NCBI RefSeq assembly: GCF_964194155.1
Contig: NC_135887.1
Coordinates: 37,138,001 to 37,202,000, forward strand
Source: Cetorhinus maximus
Lineage: Eukaryota
Reading direction: 5' to 3'
Length of the DNA: 64,000 nt
Each line of letters begins with the position of its first letter. The stretch's first letter is position 1. Positions 12,187 to 24,384 of this stretch are shown in pieces. Under the pieces are notes generated by a model. It ran no database searches, was not told the DNA's origin, and worked only from the letters and a program-made list of their open reading frames with translations. The position numbers and the translations under genes were made by a program.

Positions 12187-12286
12187 GACCTTGATGAAAG
12201 GTCACATGACTGAAAGGTTTACCCTGTTTCTCTCTTCACAAATGCTGCCAGACCTGCTGAGTATTTCTAGCATTTTCTGTTTTTAT
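12187..12286 (+). mobile_element. Short Penelope terminal-repeat insert with degenerate hammerhead
   Basis: 10-bp TSD cctctggatt (12177-12186, 12287-12296); ttgatga-aaggtc-acat-gact-gaaa, then gacctgctgagtattt. Confidence 0.75.
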
Positions 12287-12534
12287 CCTCTGGATTACTA
12301 GTCCAGTAACATAACTATTATGCTATGATATCCTTTACAGGCAGCCATACCATAATTTTTACATAAAAACCAAATGAGTGAAACTGGATATCTTTCACCC
12401 TGACTGATACCTGCGGAACATGCTTGGACTCTGCAGGTGTATTTGGAGTATTTTATATCTGCTTAATTCAAAAGTAAGTTTGTTCATTCCTGCTGTATAT
12501 GCAAAGCCACACCAGTGTACAGTAGTTCCAAGAT

Positions 12535-14215
12535 CATACAATGGTTACAACACAGTCTCTATGCCAGCTCACTGCAAGAGCAGCTCAGCTAGCAATAGTC
12601 CTCTACCTTTTCTCCGTAGCCCTACAAATTTTTTTCTCTTCAGGCAATTAGCCAATTCTCTTTTGAAGGCCTCTACTGAATCAGGCAATCCCTTCCAGAT
12701 CCTAACCACTCACTGCATAAAAACATTTTTCTCATGTTGCTATTGCTTCTTTTGCCATTCATCTTAAATTGGAATCCTCTAGTTCTTGATCTATCTGCCA
12801 ATGGGAACAGTTTCTCCCTATCTACTCTGTCCAAACCCTCACAGTTTTGAACACCTCTATCAAGTCTTCTTTAAGCCTTCTCCAAAGAGAACAGAACCAG
12901 CTTCTGCAATCCCTCTACATAACTGAAGTTCCTCAGCCCTGGAACCAGAACTGGGCACAATATCCCAGTTGAGGCTGAACCAATGTTTTACACAGGTTTA
13001 TCATAATGTTGCTTTTGTACTCCATGCCCCTAATTATACAGCTCAGGATTCTATAAGTTTTATTAACCTTTCTCAACCTGCCCTGCCACCTTCAATAATT
13101 TGTGCGCATATACCCCAGGTCCCTGTGGTCCTACACCCCTTTAGAATTGTACCCTTTAATTTATATTGCCCCTCCTCATTCTTCCTATCAAAATGAATCA
13201 CTTTGCGCTTCTCTGCATTAAATTATATCTGTCACTTGTCTGCCCATTCCACCAGGTTGTTTATGTCCTTTTGAAGTTCATCACTATTATCCTCACAGTT
13301 GACAATAATTCCAAGCTTTGTATCATCCGCAATTTTTGATTCTGTGCCCCATGACTCCAAGTATATTTCAGGTAAAACAGGGAAACTAATACCAACCCCT
13401 GGGGAACCCCACCATATAGCTACCTCCAGTCTGAAGAACTATGATTCACCACTGCTCTCTGTTTCCTGGCACTCAAGTCCATTTCATATCCATGCAGCTA
13501 ATGAGCTCTAACTTTGCTCACATGCCTGTTATGTGGCACTTCATCAAATGCCTTTTTGAATTCCATGTACACTACATCAACGTGCCCTCATCAACGTTTT
13601 CTGTTATTGCATCAAAAGACTCAAGCAAATTGGTTAAACATAATTTGCCTATAACAAATCGGTACTGGCTTTCTTTAATTAATCTGTATCCAAGTGACGG
13701 TTAATTTTATTCAAATTATCATTTCTAAAAGCTTTCCCACCACCGAGGTTAAACTGACTGGTCTGTCGTTGTTGGATTTATCCTAACACTGTTTTTGAAT
13801 AAGGGTGTAACACTTGTAATTCTCCAGTCCTCTGGCACCACCCCTATATCTAAGGGGGATTGGAAAATTATTGCCAGTGCCTATGCATTTTCCGCCCTTA
13901 CTTCCCTCAGAATACTTGGAAGGATCTCATCTGGTCCTGGTGACTTAATAACTCTAAGTACAGCCAGTCTATTTAATGCCTCCTTTATATCAATTTTTAG
14001 CCCATCCAGTGTCTCAACTACCTCCTTTCACTTCAGCAGCTTCTTCCTTCATAAAGACATATACAAAGTACTCAATTAGTTTCTCAGCCATGCTTACTGC
14101 CTCTATATGTAACTCCCCTTTTGGGTTGCAAATCAACCTCACTCTTCCTGTTACCACCCTTTTACTATTTATCTTTCTATAGACAACTTTTGGATTCCCT
14201 TTTTGTTAGTTTGAT
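12535..14215 (-). mobile_element. CR1 LINE ORF2 (RT) remnant
   Basis: Reverse strand encodes SPGPDE, RPVSLTSVVGK, DVVYMEFKKAFD and IADDTKL-like motifs, with stops. Confidence 0.85.
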
Positions 14216-14404
14216 GTTTTTCCAAATTTTGTTGAACAAGTAAGTGGAAGGCATAAAAAAGTTTTTTTGGAAAGATATGCAGATTGAGTTAGATGAATTA
14301 GGGTGGAAAGAGGCACATGTGGAGCATAAACCCTGACGCAAACAAATTGGGCTGCATGGCTTCTGTCTGTGCTGTAATTTAATTCTATCTAATCCAATGC
14401 AAAT

Positions 14405-15012
14405 ATGTCAGCTGTGGCTCAGATAGCAGCACTGTAGCCTCTGAGTCAAAGGTTGCAGTTTCACTACTCCAGGATTTGAGCACAACAATCCAGGATGATA
14501 CTCCAGTGCAGTAGTTAGGGAGTGTTGCACTTTTTGTAGAGACATTAAACCCAGACTGTCTGCCGTTTCAGGTGACTGTAAATGACAACATCTTGCATTT
14601 GAAAAAGATCCTTTGACACTATTTCAAAGAAGTTATTGTTGGTGTCCTGGTCAATATTTATCCCTCAATTAACACCACAAAAAATATTATCTGGTCTTTA
14701 TCACGTTACAATGGGAGTTTGTTGTGTGTTAACTTCCTACATTACAACAGGGAGCAAACTTCAATAACTACTTAAGAACAAAATATTGCTGATGCTGGAA
14801 ATCTGAAACAAAAACAGAAAATGCTGGAAAAAATGCTCTGAAGGAGGGCCATACAGACGCGAAACATTAACTCTGTTTCTCTCTCCACAGATGCTGTCAG
14901 ACCTGCTGAGTTTTTCCAGCATTTTCTGTTTTTGTTTCAATAACTACTTCTTTGATTGTAAAGCGCTTTGAAAAGTCATGTGGTCATGAAGACTGCTATA
15001 TAAATACAAGCC
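14405..15012 (+). mobile_element. tRNA-headed SINE of DeuSINE (SacSINE1/AmnSINE-like) type
   Basis: gtggctcag head, gtgtcctggtcaatatttatccctca core, aaagcgctttg...ctatataaatacaag tail. Confidence 0.7.
14774..14935. mobile_element. Short fold-back Penelope terminal-repeat insert with degenerate hammerhead
   Basis: 14-bp TSD ttcaataactactt (14760-14773, 14936-14949); inverted arms; ctgaagga-gggcc-ataca-gacgc-gaaac. Confidence 0.8.
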
Positions 15013-15292
15013 TGTCTGTCACAACTATTGCCATTACTACAATTTTGGTCTAACCAACGTTATATTCAAATTTAACACATTTTCTTCGCTTCCTTACCCT
15101 CTCCTTCCAGAATGAACTCAATGCGTTGTTTGGTTTGAAGTGCCCTTATTAACCCAGGTCAATACTTTTGATCACTTGTGCCCCAGATCTACCTCCGTCT
15201 ATTGTTTCCTGTGGTTCCCTTTGCTCATGTGTTTTTTTTTATTAGCCCACACATAAATAAAATACACAAAAATTTCTGAAAAAGATTTGGAT

Positions 15293-15298
15293 TTTATT
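15293..15298 (-). terminator. Candidate polyadenylation signal, claudin copy 2
   Basis: tttatt at the position homologous to copy 1. Confidence 0.55.
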
Positions 15299-16077
15299 TT
15301 GGCCCTTGTGATTGACAAATATACTTAGCCCCCAGATCACTGAACATAAAGTGCCCTAAATACAACCAGGCTTGGAAAAGAAGGGTTCAGACAATCTAAA
15401 TGGAAGTAACATTAAGAAAACAATATAAAATGAAAAGTCAAAAAATAACTTCACTCACACAGATGCCACTGAAATACAAATATGATTGGTATTAAAATCA
15501 CGTCGTTTAAAGATCTAAGCTATTCAAGTAGGGTAGAGACCATTTCACAGTTACCACTTTCTCACTATATACGAAATGGCGGCGGCTGATTCTTTCCAAT
15601 TGGTCCAGATACTCCTAGTGCCAGGTAGGTATTCTGGTTACTCTACAGCTTTATAAAGCATGCCTTCACAAAAAAGGATTGCCGACTAACTGGTAAATCA
15701 ATTTCATTGCTGCACATTATATAAACAGCTGCTCAACATAGGTTATTTTATAAAATTTTATTATCTCCCAGCAATATCTCCCTTTCACAACCATCTTTAC
15801 TTTCAAACTCCGGCCAGATTTCCAACCTCTGTACCTGAGCTTGGGCTGGTTGCAAACTCACTGACTTCAAATCCTTCTTGATATTGAGAACTTAGATAAC
15901 AGGCACGTACGGTTAATAGTAGTTACTGAACTTTTAAAGAAAATTATACAGCGAATTACTTATCAAGTGTTTTACAGTAAATTGCTTTAATTCTTGGATT
16001 GGCAAATAATGTAGAAAACGCGTAGTGTTGGTGTGACCTTATCTCTGGAAATTGTTTCGGATCTGTTCCTTTTCAAG

Positions 16078-16710
16078 TTACACATAGTTCTTGCTCGGAG
16101 CTGAAGATCTCGCCGCAGAATACTTTGCAGTGTAGGAATTCTCGTCTTTGGGAGGGCAGGAACAGCAGAGCAGAGCCCCTCCGAGGATCAGCAGACCTGA
16201 GGTTCCCCAACCGATGTACAAGGAAGCTCCAAGTTCTCTCCTCTGGGCGTCCGTCACCAACGGGTTGTAGAAATCCTTGATGATGGTGTTCGCTGACCAG
16301 GACACTGGGATCAGGGTCAAGACTCCAGCCAGGATGAAGATAATTCCCGATATAATTGTGACTTTGGCCTTTGTTGCCTCGTTTTCTATACAGTTGGTGC
16401 ATTTCCCTCCCACGATGGAGATGAGGATGCCCAGGACTCCCACCACGAGGGAGATAACAGTCAGAGCTCTGGAAGCCTGAAGGTCTTGGGAGAGGGCTAA
16501 CAGGGAATCGTACACCTTACATTGCATCTGCCCAGTGCTCTGAACAATGCAGTTCATCCAAAGACCTTCCCAAATAATCTGCGCCACCACGATGTTGTTC
16601 CCAATGAAAGCGGTCACTCTCCACATGGGCAGCACGCAGGTGAGAAGAGCGCCCAGCCACCCGAACACACACAGGGCTATGCCCAGAATCTGGAGTCCCA
16701 TTGATACCAT
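16078..16710 (-). CDS. cldn4: Claudin-4-like protein, copy 2 (single exon, 210 aa)
   Basis: Intact ORF with claudin signature; tail [18 protein letters not shown] resembles the CLDN4 tail. Confidence 0.95.
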   Translation of the reverse strand: MVSMGLQILGIALCVFGWLGALLTCVLPMWRVTAFIGNNIVVAQIIWEGLWMNCIVQSTGQMQCKVYDSLLALSQDLQASRALTVISLVVGVLGILISIVGGKCTNCIENEATKAKVTIISGIIFILAGVLTLIPVSWSANTIIKDFYNPLVTDAQRRELGASLYIGWGTSGLLILGGALLCCSCPPKDENSYTAKYSAARSSAPSKNYV

Positions 16711-16812
16711 TCTCCTAGTTTTGTGGAAGCAATCCGCGACGTTCCAAGAGTAACAACTTAGTCTGCTTTCACGATCCGGAGCAAGCTGAGGACGAGCAGT
16801 AAAAGTGATGGC

Positions 16813-16840
16813 AATTATAGCCCCTCAGGAGTGGGCGGGC
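16813..16840 (-). promoter_or_regulatory. Core promoter candidate (GC box plus TATA-like), copy 2
   Basis: Identical to 3441-3468. Confidence 0.55.
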
Positions 16841-16961
16841 ATTCGCTCCCGTCCTGAGTTTACCGAAGCTGAAATCAGGGAATACCTGTTGAACCAGATT
16901 CCAGTCCAGTTTCAGGTACTTTTGGTAATTGATGAGGCACATGAATGGAATGGTCAACAAG

Positions 16962-17087
16962 TAGATAAAAGCAAAATACTGCGAATGCCGGAAATCTGAA
17001 ACAAAAACAAAAACTGCTGGAAAAACTCAGCAGGTCTGACAGCATCTGTGGAGGGAAGGTCAGAGTTAACGTTTCGAGTCCGCATGA
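16962..17087 (-). mobile_element. Short Penelope terminal-repeat insert in the copy-2 promoter
   Basis: Absent from copy 1 (caacaag|tattt at 3585-3596); 7-bp TSD caacaag; truncated inside hammerhead stem II. Confidence 0.85.
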
Positions 17088-17214
17088 CAACAAGGTATTT
17101 GTGTGCTCCTTGACATTTGTGTTTACAGCTAAATAGATTTTCTCCATGTAAAGAAAGCAATTGTTTATTAGAAAATTATATTGCCCATGTAGCTTTAAAC
17201 AATATGCTATTTAG

Positions 17215-19000
17215 AGGTTCACCGAGTCTGTAAGATGATTGAGATCGGAATCCCCAAACAGGCCCTCTATGAGCAACTGTCTCAGGGCAAACAGCATTAA
17301 TGTGGTCCGTACAAATGATACAAGGACACCCTTAAAAATAGCCTTTCAAACTTTTGCAATGCAGACCATCTCCCTTCGGAAAACACTGCAGCCGACCAAC
17401 CCATTTGGAGGCAAGCGCTATATTTGGTCCGGCATGCTTCAAGGATCATTTATACAACTTCTGATGTGTGCAGAGGAAGGGCAGAGGCGGCCCAGCTGCA
17501 TAAGTTCCCCCAAGAACCAACAGCGGCAACATGAACTGCCAGCTCTGTGGACATCATGTCTGTTAGGGAATAGAGATAGTTTAAGTTATATTGGTATTTG
17601 TGGGTGTTAGGAATGAGTTTCAGCTTTAAAGTTTAAGCTTGATTTGTATTTTTGCATCTGTGTGTTAAGAAAGGTCAAATTGAGTTTTAGTTTAACTTTT
17701 AAAGGGTGCTTACATTTCTAATGAGAGTTTTACTACTTAAGAAGTTAAGCAAACTAGAGTAGAAGAATTGGGCTGTTGCCTAGCAACAGGAGTCCAGAGA
17801 GGCAGGTCCCTCCCACAGACACACACAGAAAAGCTAGAAACAGCAGTTTATTTTGGAAGCTGTTGGAGTTTAGCTGCTTTTGAAGATAGCTGCCAGAGAA
17901 GCAACCTAGCAGGGGCAGATAGCCAGGTCCAAGCTGAAGTTTGTTGAAAGTAGCTGTCAGAGAGAGACTGAAGCAAGGGGGACAGATAGCCAGTCCCAAG
18001 CTAAGGAAAAAACCCCAAACTTCAGGGGAGTGGAACAGGGGAAAGTCCCAAGATGACCTTCTAGTCAAAGGAAGGACAGAAACCCGGAAAAGGTCCTGTT
18101 AAGTGAAGAGTGAGGGACAGAGAAAGGCTCCAAGCTTAAAGCTTAAAGTTTCAAACCACAGAAAGTGGATTTAAAGCAAGAACATCTTTCAAGAAGGAAG
18201 AAGGTCCAGACAACTGAAGGTTTGTAAATCTGTGCTATGGGCATGTGACACACTGGTGTACTGTTGACAGCTGAATCAGTGAGAGAGTGCATGGAAGAGA
18301 GCTTGAATGTATGTGGTTACCCAGAGAAGAGAAACATCGGAAGGAGAGTTCAAAACCTTGGAGGTGAATCCTTGCAGAAGGCACCTGAGAGAAAGTGTCA
18401 GTTTGGGAGAAGATTCCAAAGCAGGTTCTTGGAGAGTGGAGATTGGAAACCCTCGTGTGAAAGATGGAGTTCATTGAGACTGGTTGGCTCACGATGTAAC
18501 AAGTGTCTGGCGGGAGTTGATGAGAGATCCATAGTATCTGAGAGGCATCTGTCACTTGGTTTCAGAGTGTGGTATGTCTGACCACAGGATGCCTATTGGT
18601 ACATGGACTGTGTACATACTGTATATACTGTGAACATTAAAGTATAAGATAGTTTTTGTAACTTGTGTTATCCTTACAAATCTGTATATATCTGTAAAGG
18701 CATAGTCGTAATATATTTCATTTTTTCTTGCTAAATAAATACTTAATTCTTTTGTTAAAAGTTGATTTGCTGACTCCGGTGACTCTTCAGTGGTCACTCT
18801 CCATGTATCTAACAAACAAATTAGAAGTTAGGATCTATCAAGCTGGGTTCCACTCTGGGATCAGGCTTGTCCAGGAGTAACCTCAGCTAGAATCATAACA
18901 ATGTCGATCCCACATTGGATTCTTCAGTCATAAGAGGACCCACAGAAGACGATGAAATCATTTACAGCTTGGACATACTCGGACAATGAGGAGTCTACCA
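17215..19000 (+). mobile_element. RTE-clade LINE 3' fragment split by a solo LTR
   Basis: Removing the LTR restores the C-terminal knuckle CQLCG/TSCRSHIGFFSHKRTHRRR*. Confidence 0.75.
17561..18900 (+). mobile_element. Solo LTR (1340 bp)
   Basis: TGTTA...TAACA termini; perfect 5-bp TSD ATGTC (17556-17560, 18901-18905); aataaa near 18735. Confidence 0.9.
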
Positions 19001-20955
19001 AAGAGATGATTGACAATCCTGTTGAAAATAACCCTTGCCTCCTTACAAGACGTTTTCCCACAGAGAAGTGAAATACCACGATGATTGTCACAATTGGACT
19101 TGTTGCCCTTCCATTTGTATCTTGGGTTATTGAAGCTCTAGAGTTTGCTAGCCATGTGAGCTCCTCCACATTTGAATACTTCAGGTGGAATGCCACTGAC
19201 TCCTGGAAACATAGCCACAGAAAGTTGTTTTATGGCCTTGGTGATTTTGGCTTGAGATGGGTCGAAGGCAAGCTCTTCCAGAATGTGATGCTGTGGAAGC
19301 GATCCACACACTGTGGATTCTTGGTTTTGGAGGTTTTTATGGCGCTCTCCCGAATGAGAGAGAATATCATGTCTCTTCATTAGGAGCTGATTAACATCTG
19401 CTGAGAGGGCAGGTGTTGTACGGTTGGTTTTGGGGTCATAGACAGATTCTTCAAAAGGTTATTTTCAATGTATTTGTCATTCATCTTAAAGACTACATGT
19501 ATCCAGAATCTTAGTGTGGCTTTCATGCTGGACAAGGAGTGGCCAACTTGATCTTTGTGGAGCATTAAGCCCAAGAAAAGTCCCACAAATAGAACAAGGA
19601 CTTCTGTGCGGTGTTTATTGACCTGATCATGGCACAGTAAACCATTAAGGCCTGTGAAAAGTCCTATACAAATATGTCCACTTTGAAAATATGATCAGGG
19701 TCATCTGCTCATTTCATGATGATCAATATAATGCAGAATAGTCCCTCTTCAGATGTCTTTCCTGTCACCAATGGCATCAGGTAAGGCTGCCTAATGGCTC
19801 CAGTTTTGTTTATCATCTAGTTTTCAGCCATGCTCTTATATGCACTCAAAGATCTCGACATAGGCATATGCATTCAGTTCAGGACAGATGGTAACTACTT
19901 CAATCTGTAGAGGCTCAAGGCTTGCATAAAGATTACAGAGCAGCTACTAAGAGAATTCTTGTTTGCTGACAACTGGGTTCTCATAGCACACAATCCGGAG
20001 GACATCCAGCTGCTTGTTGACTGCTTTGCCCAAGCCTCAGAATGCTTCAGCCTTACAATAAGTCTGAAAAGACACAAACATTTTTCTTACTCTTGGTCAC
20101 AAATTCCAAGACCCTATAGTCACAATCAATAATACACTCTTCAACTCAGTTCAGAAGTTCTGCTAGCTTGGAAATATCCTCTCTAATAACACCATGTTGG
20201 ATGATGAAATCATCCATCACCTGGCAAAAGCAAGCTCAGCATTCGGCAGGCTCTCCGACAGGTTTTGGAAAGAGCATGGAGTTTGTCTCAAAACAAAGAT
20301 GAAAGTCTACCATGTGGTGATTCTCATATCACTTCTCTATGTCTGTGAGGAATGGACAACTAACCAACCTCACATAAAGCAATTAGATGCATTCCACCTT
20401 TGTTGAGATCATTCTGCAACATCAAGTAGCAGGACAAAATCCCTCACAACAAAGTTCTTGCAAGGTGCTGTATACCTGGGATCGAGAGCATACTCATTAG
20501 AACCCAGTTTCACTGGGTTGGCCATGTGGTTCACACGGAGAGCTTCTGCATACCAAAGACGGTATTCTACAGTCAGCTGAGCATGGGAACCTGCACCATA
20601 GGATGTCCCAAACTCAGATACAAAGACATTCTGAAAGCCAATCTCAGAGCCTCTATGTTGGACTCCACTACATGGGAAAAAAACAACCCTGGACCGATCC
20701 AACTAGAAATGTTCTGTCATTAAGCAATGTCAACATTTGAGAACAGAGTCAAGTCCCCACAGGGCAAGCAAACATGCCACAAAGTCAGTACCTTCACCCA
20801 CCCTCCAACAGTGAATTCATATGTAATATTTGCAATCAGATCTGCAAATCAAGATTTGGCTTAACATCACATATGAGACAACATCAAACCAGATGGTGAA
20901 CAATTGATCTCCTTGCTGCATATTCGTCCATCAAAGTTACGGGTGAATCCATCAT
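19000..20955. mobile_element. RTE LINE with inverted 5' part (about 19000-19590 minus, 19590-20955 plus)
   Basis: Minus: KAIKQLS..PGVSGIPPEVFKCGG and KGNKSNCDNHRGISLL; plus: AVFIDL, LAKASSAFGRL, CNQICKSRFGLTSHMRQH. Confidence 0.8.
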
Positions 20956-21229
20956 TTTAAGGACAAGGGAGCTCTCTCTCCTCCTGGTAACTCTTTCACA
21001 TTACAAATTCTCAGAGACCTTTACTGATACCAACATGCTTCTCTGAGATCTATGATGGGAGGAGCTGACTAAAAGGTAAACTTTAATACTTTCTTTATCT
21101 GACTGTAGGTAAACTATGGGATGATAATGAATTGGCTTGAACAGAGTATCAGTAGGGCCCTGCTAGAAGAAAGAGAGCAATACCAAAAACAGGGTCTGTT
21201 CAAACCAAATTAATATCCAAGTAATTAAA

Positions 21230-21478
21230 ATGACAATTTCTTCACTCATGGTTTTGTGGATCTTTGGAATTCTCCACTGCAGTGAGCTGTGGATGGTCAG
21301 TATATTCAAGACAGTGATCAATAGATTTTTTGGGGGCATTTTTAAAAAGAATAAAGGGAAATGGGAACAGTGTGGGAACATGGAGTTGAGGTAGAAGATC
21401 AGTTATGATCTCATTGAATAGCAGCCTGGCTCGAAGGGCTAAATGGCCTACTCCTTTTCCTATTTCTTATGTTCTTAA
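21230..21478 (+). mobile_element. CR1 3' end
   Basis: ttcttcactca...tggaattctc...aagggctaaatggcctactcct. Confidence 0.75.
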
Positions 21479-21479
21479 G

Positions 21480-21965
21480 GTCACCTGTGTCCACTTCTGT
21501 TATATTGCTATACTCTGCTATTGCCTCAGCTCACCTGCTGCTGAAACCCTCATCCAGTCTTTTGTTACTTTTAGGCTTAACTATTCCAATGCACCCCTGG
21601 CCTGCCTCCCATCTTCCACCCTGCTTAAACTTGAATATATCTAAAACCCTGCTGCCCATAACCGAACACTCACAAAGTCCCAACACCAATCACTACTGAG
21701 TTTTCTGGTTCCCAGTCTGGAAAATACCCTATTTTAAAATTCTCATCCTTGTCTTCAAACCTCTCCATGGCCTTGCTCTTCTTCTGTGTGTAACCTCTGC
21801 CTGCCCGACAGCCCTCCAGGATCTCTCTCCAATCCTGACCTCATATTGTTCTGATTTTAATTGCTCCATCATTGGTGTCCTTGCCTTCAGATGCCTAGAC
21901 CCTAAGCTCTGGAATTCATTCCCTGAGCCTCTCTATGCCTCCCCCCTTATTCAAAACATCCTTTT
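21480..21965 (+). mobile_element. L2 3' fragment
   Basis: CLSSPAAETLIQSFVTFRLNYSNAPLA. Confidence 0.8.
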
Positions 21966-22129
21966 CAACATGCACTCCTGCTCTTCCAGGTCCCACAAAA
22001 AGAAAGTTTTACACCTAACTCAAAGGGCTTCTTATGTTCTCAGACCAACTTCAAACCTGCTTCAGCCTAAAATATACCTAGAAGTTAAATGTTACATTAC
22101 ATAAATGAGCCACGGTTCAACTAACTCAT

Positions 22130-22555
22130 AGAATCACAAACCTTAAAGCATAGGAGGAGGTCATTCCTCTCGTAATAACTGGGCTGGCTTTTTGAAAGAC
22201 CTATCCACTTAGTCCTGCTGCCCTGCTCTTCCCTTCTTGCCTAGCATTTTTTACCCTTCAAGTGTTTATCCAATTCATTTTTGAAAGTTACTATTAAAAC
22301 TGTTTCCACAACCCTTTAGTCAGTGCAACCAGATCATAATAAATCGCTGTGTAAAGCTTTTTCTCATCTCACCTCTGGATATTTTGCCAATTACTTTAAA
22401 CCTGTGTCCTCTGGTTAATGATCCTTTTGCCACTGAAAACAGTTTCTCCATGTTTTCTCAACCAAAACCCTTCATGGTTTTGAATATCTCTATTAAATAA
22501 CCCCTTAGCCTCCACCAGTCTGAGGAGAATTACCCCAGCTTCTCTAGTCTCTTCA
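22130..22555 (-). mobile_element. CR1 3' fragment
   Basis: Reverse of gagactagagaagctgggg and tttaatagagatattcaaaacc. Confidence 0.7.
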
Positions 22556-22875
22556 AGCAAATGCTGGTGTTTGCCCTGCACATGGTAGCTTCCATCCACA
22601 GGCCCCAGTTAAAATGTAATCGGTGTCCTTTTGACATAAAAGCACCTTAATTTGAATAAATTCAAGATCTCCATCTGCTTTAGGTAGATAAAGCCCAAAA
22701 TGGTGGGAAGAGCTAGAGTTTGGATGAGTAAGAGACCTGCTCACTATTAACTGGTCATTCACCCGGCTTCTGATAGAATTAAAATTGACATCTTCTATAC
22801 ATTGGCGAGATTAATTCAGGACAACACTCTCTAGATACCTGACAAGTGAGCAGCATTGAATAACCAATCCACTGG

Positions 22876-23996
22876 TGTTACAGACAGGGGAGGAGAAATA
22901 AACTGAAACCCTCGATTCCATTCCCTTACTGTGCGTAATCAGTGTGGTTGTTTTGGAAAGAGTACACATGCTTCCAAGCCCCCTTTAGTGTCTGGTCAAT
23001 TTAAAGAAACAGCAGCAGACTTTCATGGGTTTAAAAATAAAGATTATTTATTCACACACATCCTGAAAAAGTCTAAACGCTATGTCATTCACACACCACA
23101 CATTCAAGAAAGAGACAATTAAAGAAGGTAGTGCACTTCTACAAGTGTTAAACCAAAAGAATAGCAAACAATTCAGGTGTTTAGCTAATTATAGGAGATC
23201 AGTCCAGTAAAGAGGAGTCTTTTTCCAACTCTTGAATTATAGTTCCAATGGGTCCAAAAATGGCCGAAGTCAGATACCTGAATTGTTGCATAATTCCCTT
23301 GAAGAGGTGAAAGTTCAGCGGGTCACAAAGTTAAGCACTTGTGGCTGCAGTGCCCAGAAGGTAAAATTTCTTTACAGATGAACTTAGGATTTTGGAATCA
23401 AGCTGGGAGGCTTTTAAAGACTTTACAGCCTCCTGGTTCTCAAAAGGCAAAGATGGCACAACCTCTTGCAGCTGCTGCTTGCAATGTTCTTCTGCAGACT
23501 ACCCAGGTCTTTTCTGGACCTTTAGATCTTCAGCTGGTTTCAGTCACATGGCCAATACTGGCATCATCTAGCCAGAATGGTTTGAAGGTCCAAAGACATC
23601 AGCACACAATAGAAGATAGATAGTGGTCTTTCACACTTATTTTACATAGGTAACTGGTTTTTCCGCTGTTTTTTGTTGATCTTGGAGATGATAAGTCTAG
23701 AGGTCTATTGATTCTGCGTTTGGAGTAAACTTTGATCAGTGGCAGGCGTGAATTCCACAAAGGGGTCTAGGTATGTCTAATCCAGGGGTACATCCCCACC
23801 CAGGATGACTCAATTAGGAACTTTCTGGAAGCTTAATATATTCTGCGTTGAAGAGGCAAACGTTACTTGACTCTTGGCAGCCATCTTAGCAGCTTCTCGG
23901 TGTCCATTTTAAATAAAAGGCGGCTCCAGAAACTTCAACGGGAATGAAGTCCATGTCTGAAGTTATGAATAGGACATGCCTTCACTGGGCATAACA
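22876..23996. mobile_element. Solo LTR (1121 bp)
   Basis: TGTTA...TAACA termini; near-perfect 5-bp TSD actgg/attgg; no coding content. Confidence 0.75.
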
Positions 23997-24384
23997 ATTG
24001 GATAGATTGGAGTCAATATGCTGGTGGTTCGCAGTGCTTCCAGAAGTTACATAAACCTATGCTTAGAATCTGTATGGTTGAACTGGCTGGCTTGCTTTCC
24101 TCTGCAACAATGGGGTTAGCTTCCAAGGTGTCTGTTGAGAAGCCTGCATCTAGAGAAGTGTTCCACTCCCCTTTAATCCTCTGCTCCTGGGTAAATTGAT
24201 CTCATGTGCTGGTAAGTATTTGAATTAGCTGTCTTAAACCTCACCTCCATTTATCCAAGTGATACAATCTGTACAATTGAATATTATGACTCATGTATCC
24301 TTTCTCTCTGTTGCAGATGCACTTTCTGCCTCTTATAGGGACACTCCTCTACTGACACTAGATAACATTAGAGAACAAGTAACA

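Noticed and set aside
3865-17087. Recurring gatgctggaaatctgaaacaaaaac unit as a CRISPR-like array
   Set aside because: Dispersed, both orientations, no regular spacers, eukaryotic context; it is the Penelope terminal repeat.
9885-21480. Same CR1-to-L2 order upstream of claudin copies 1 and 2 as proof of a longer duplication
   Set aside because: An L2 fragment starts at a similar position at 38075, so coincidence cannot be excluded by eye.
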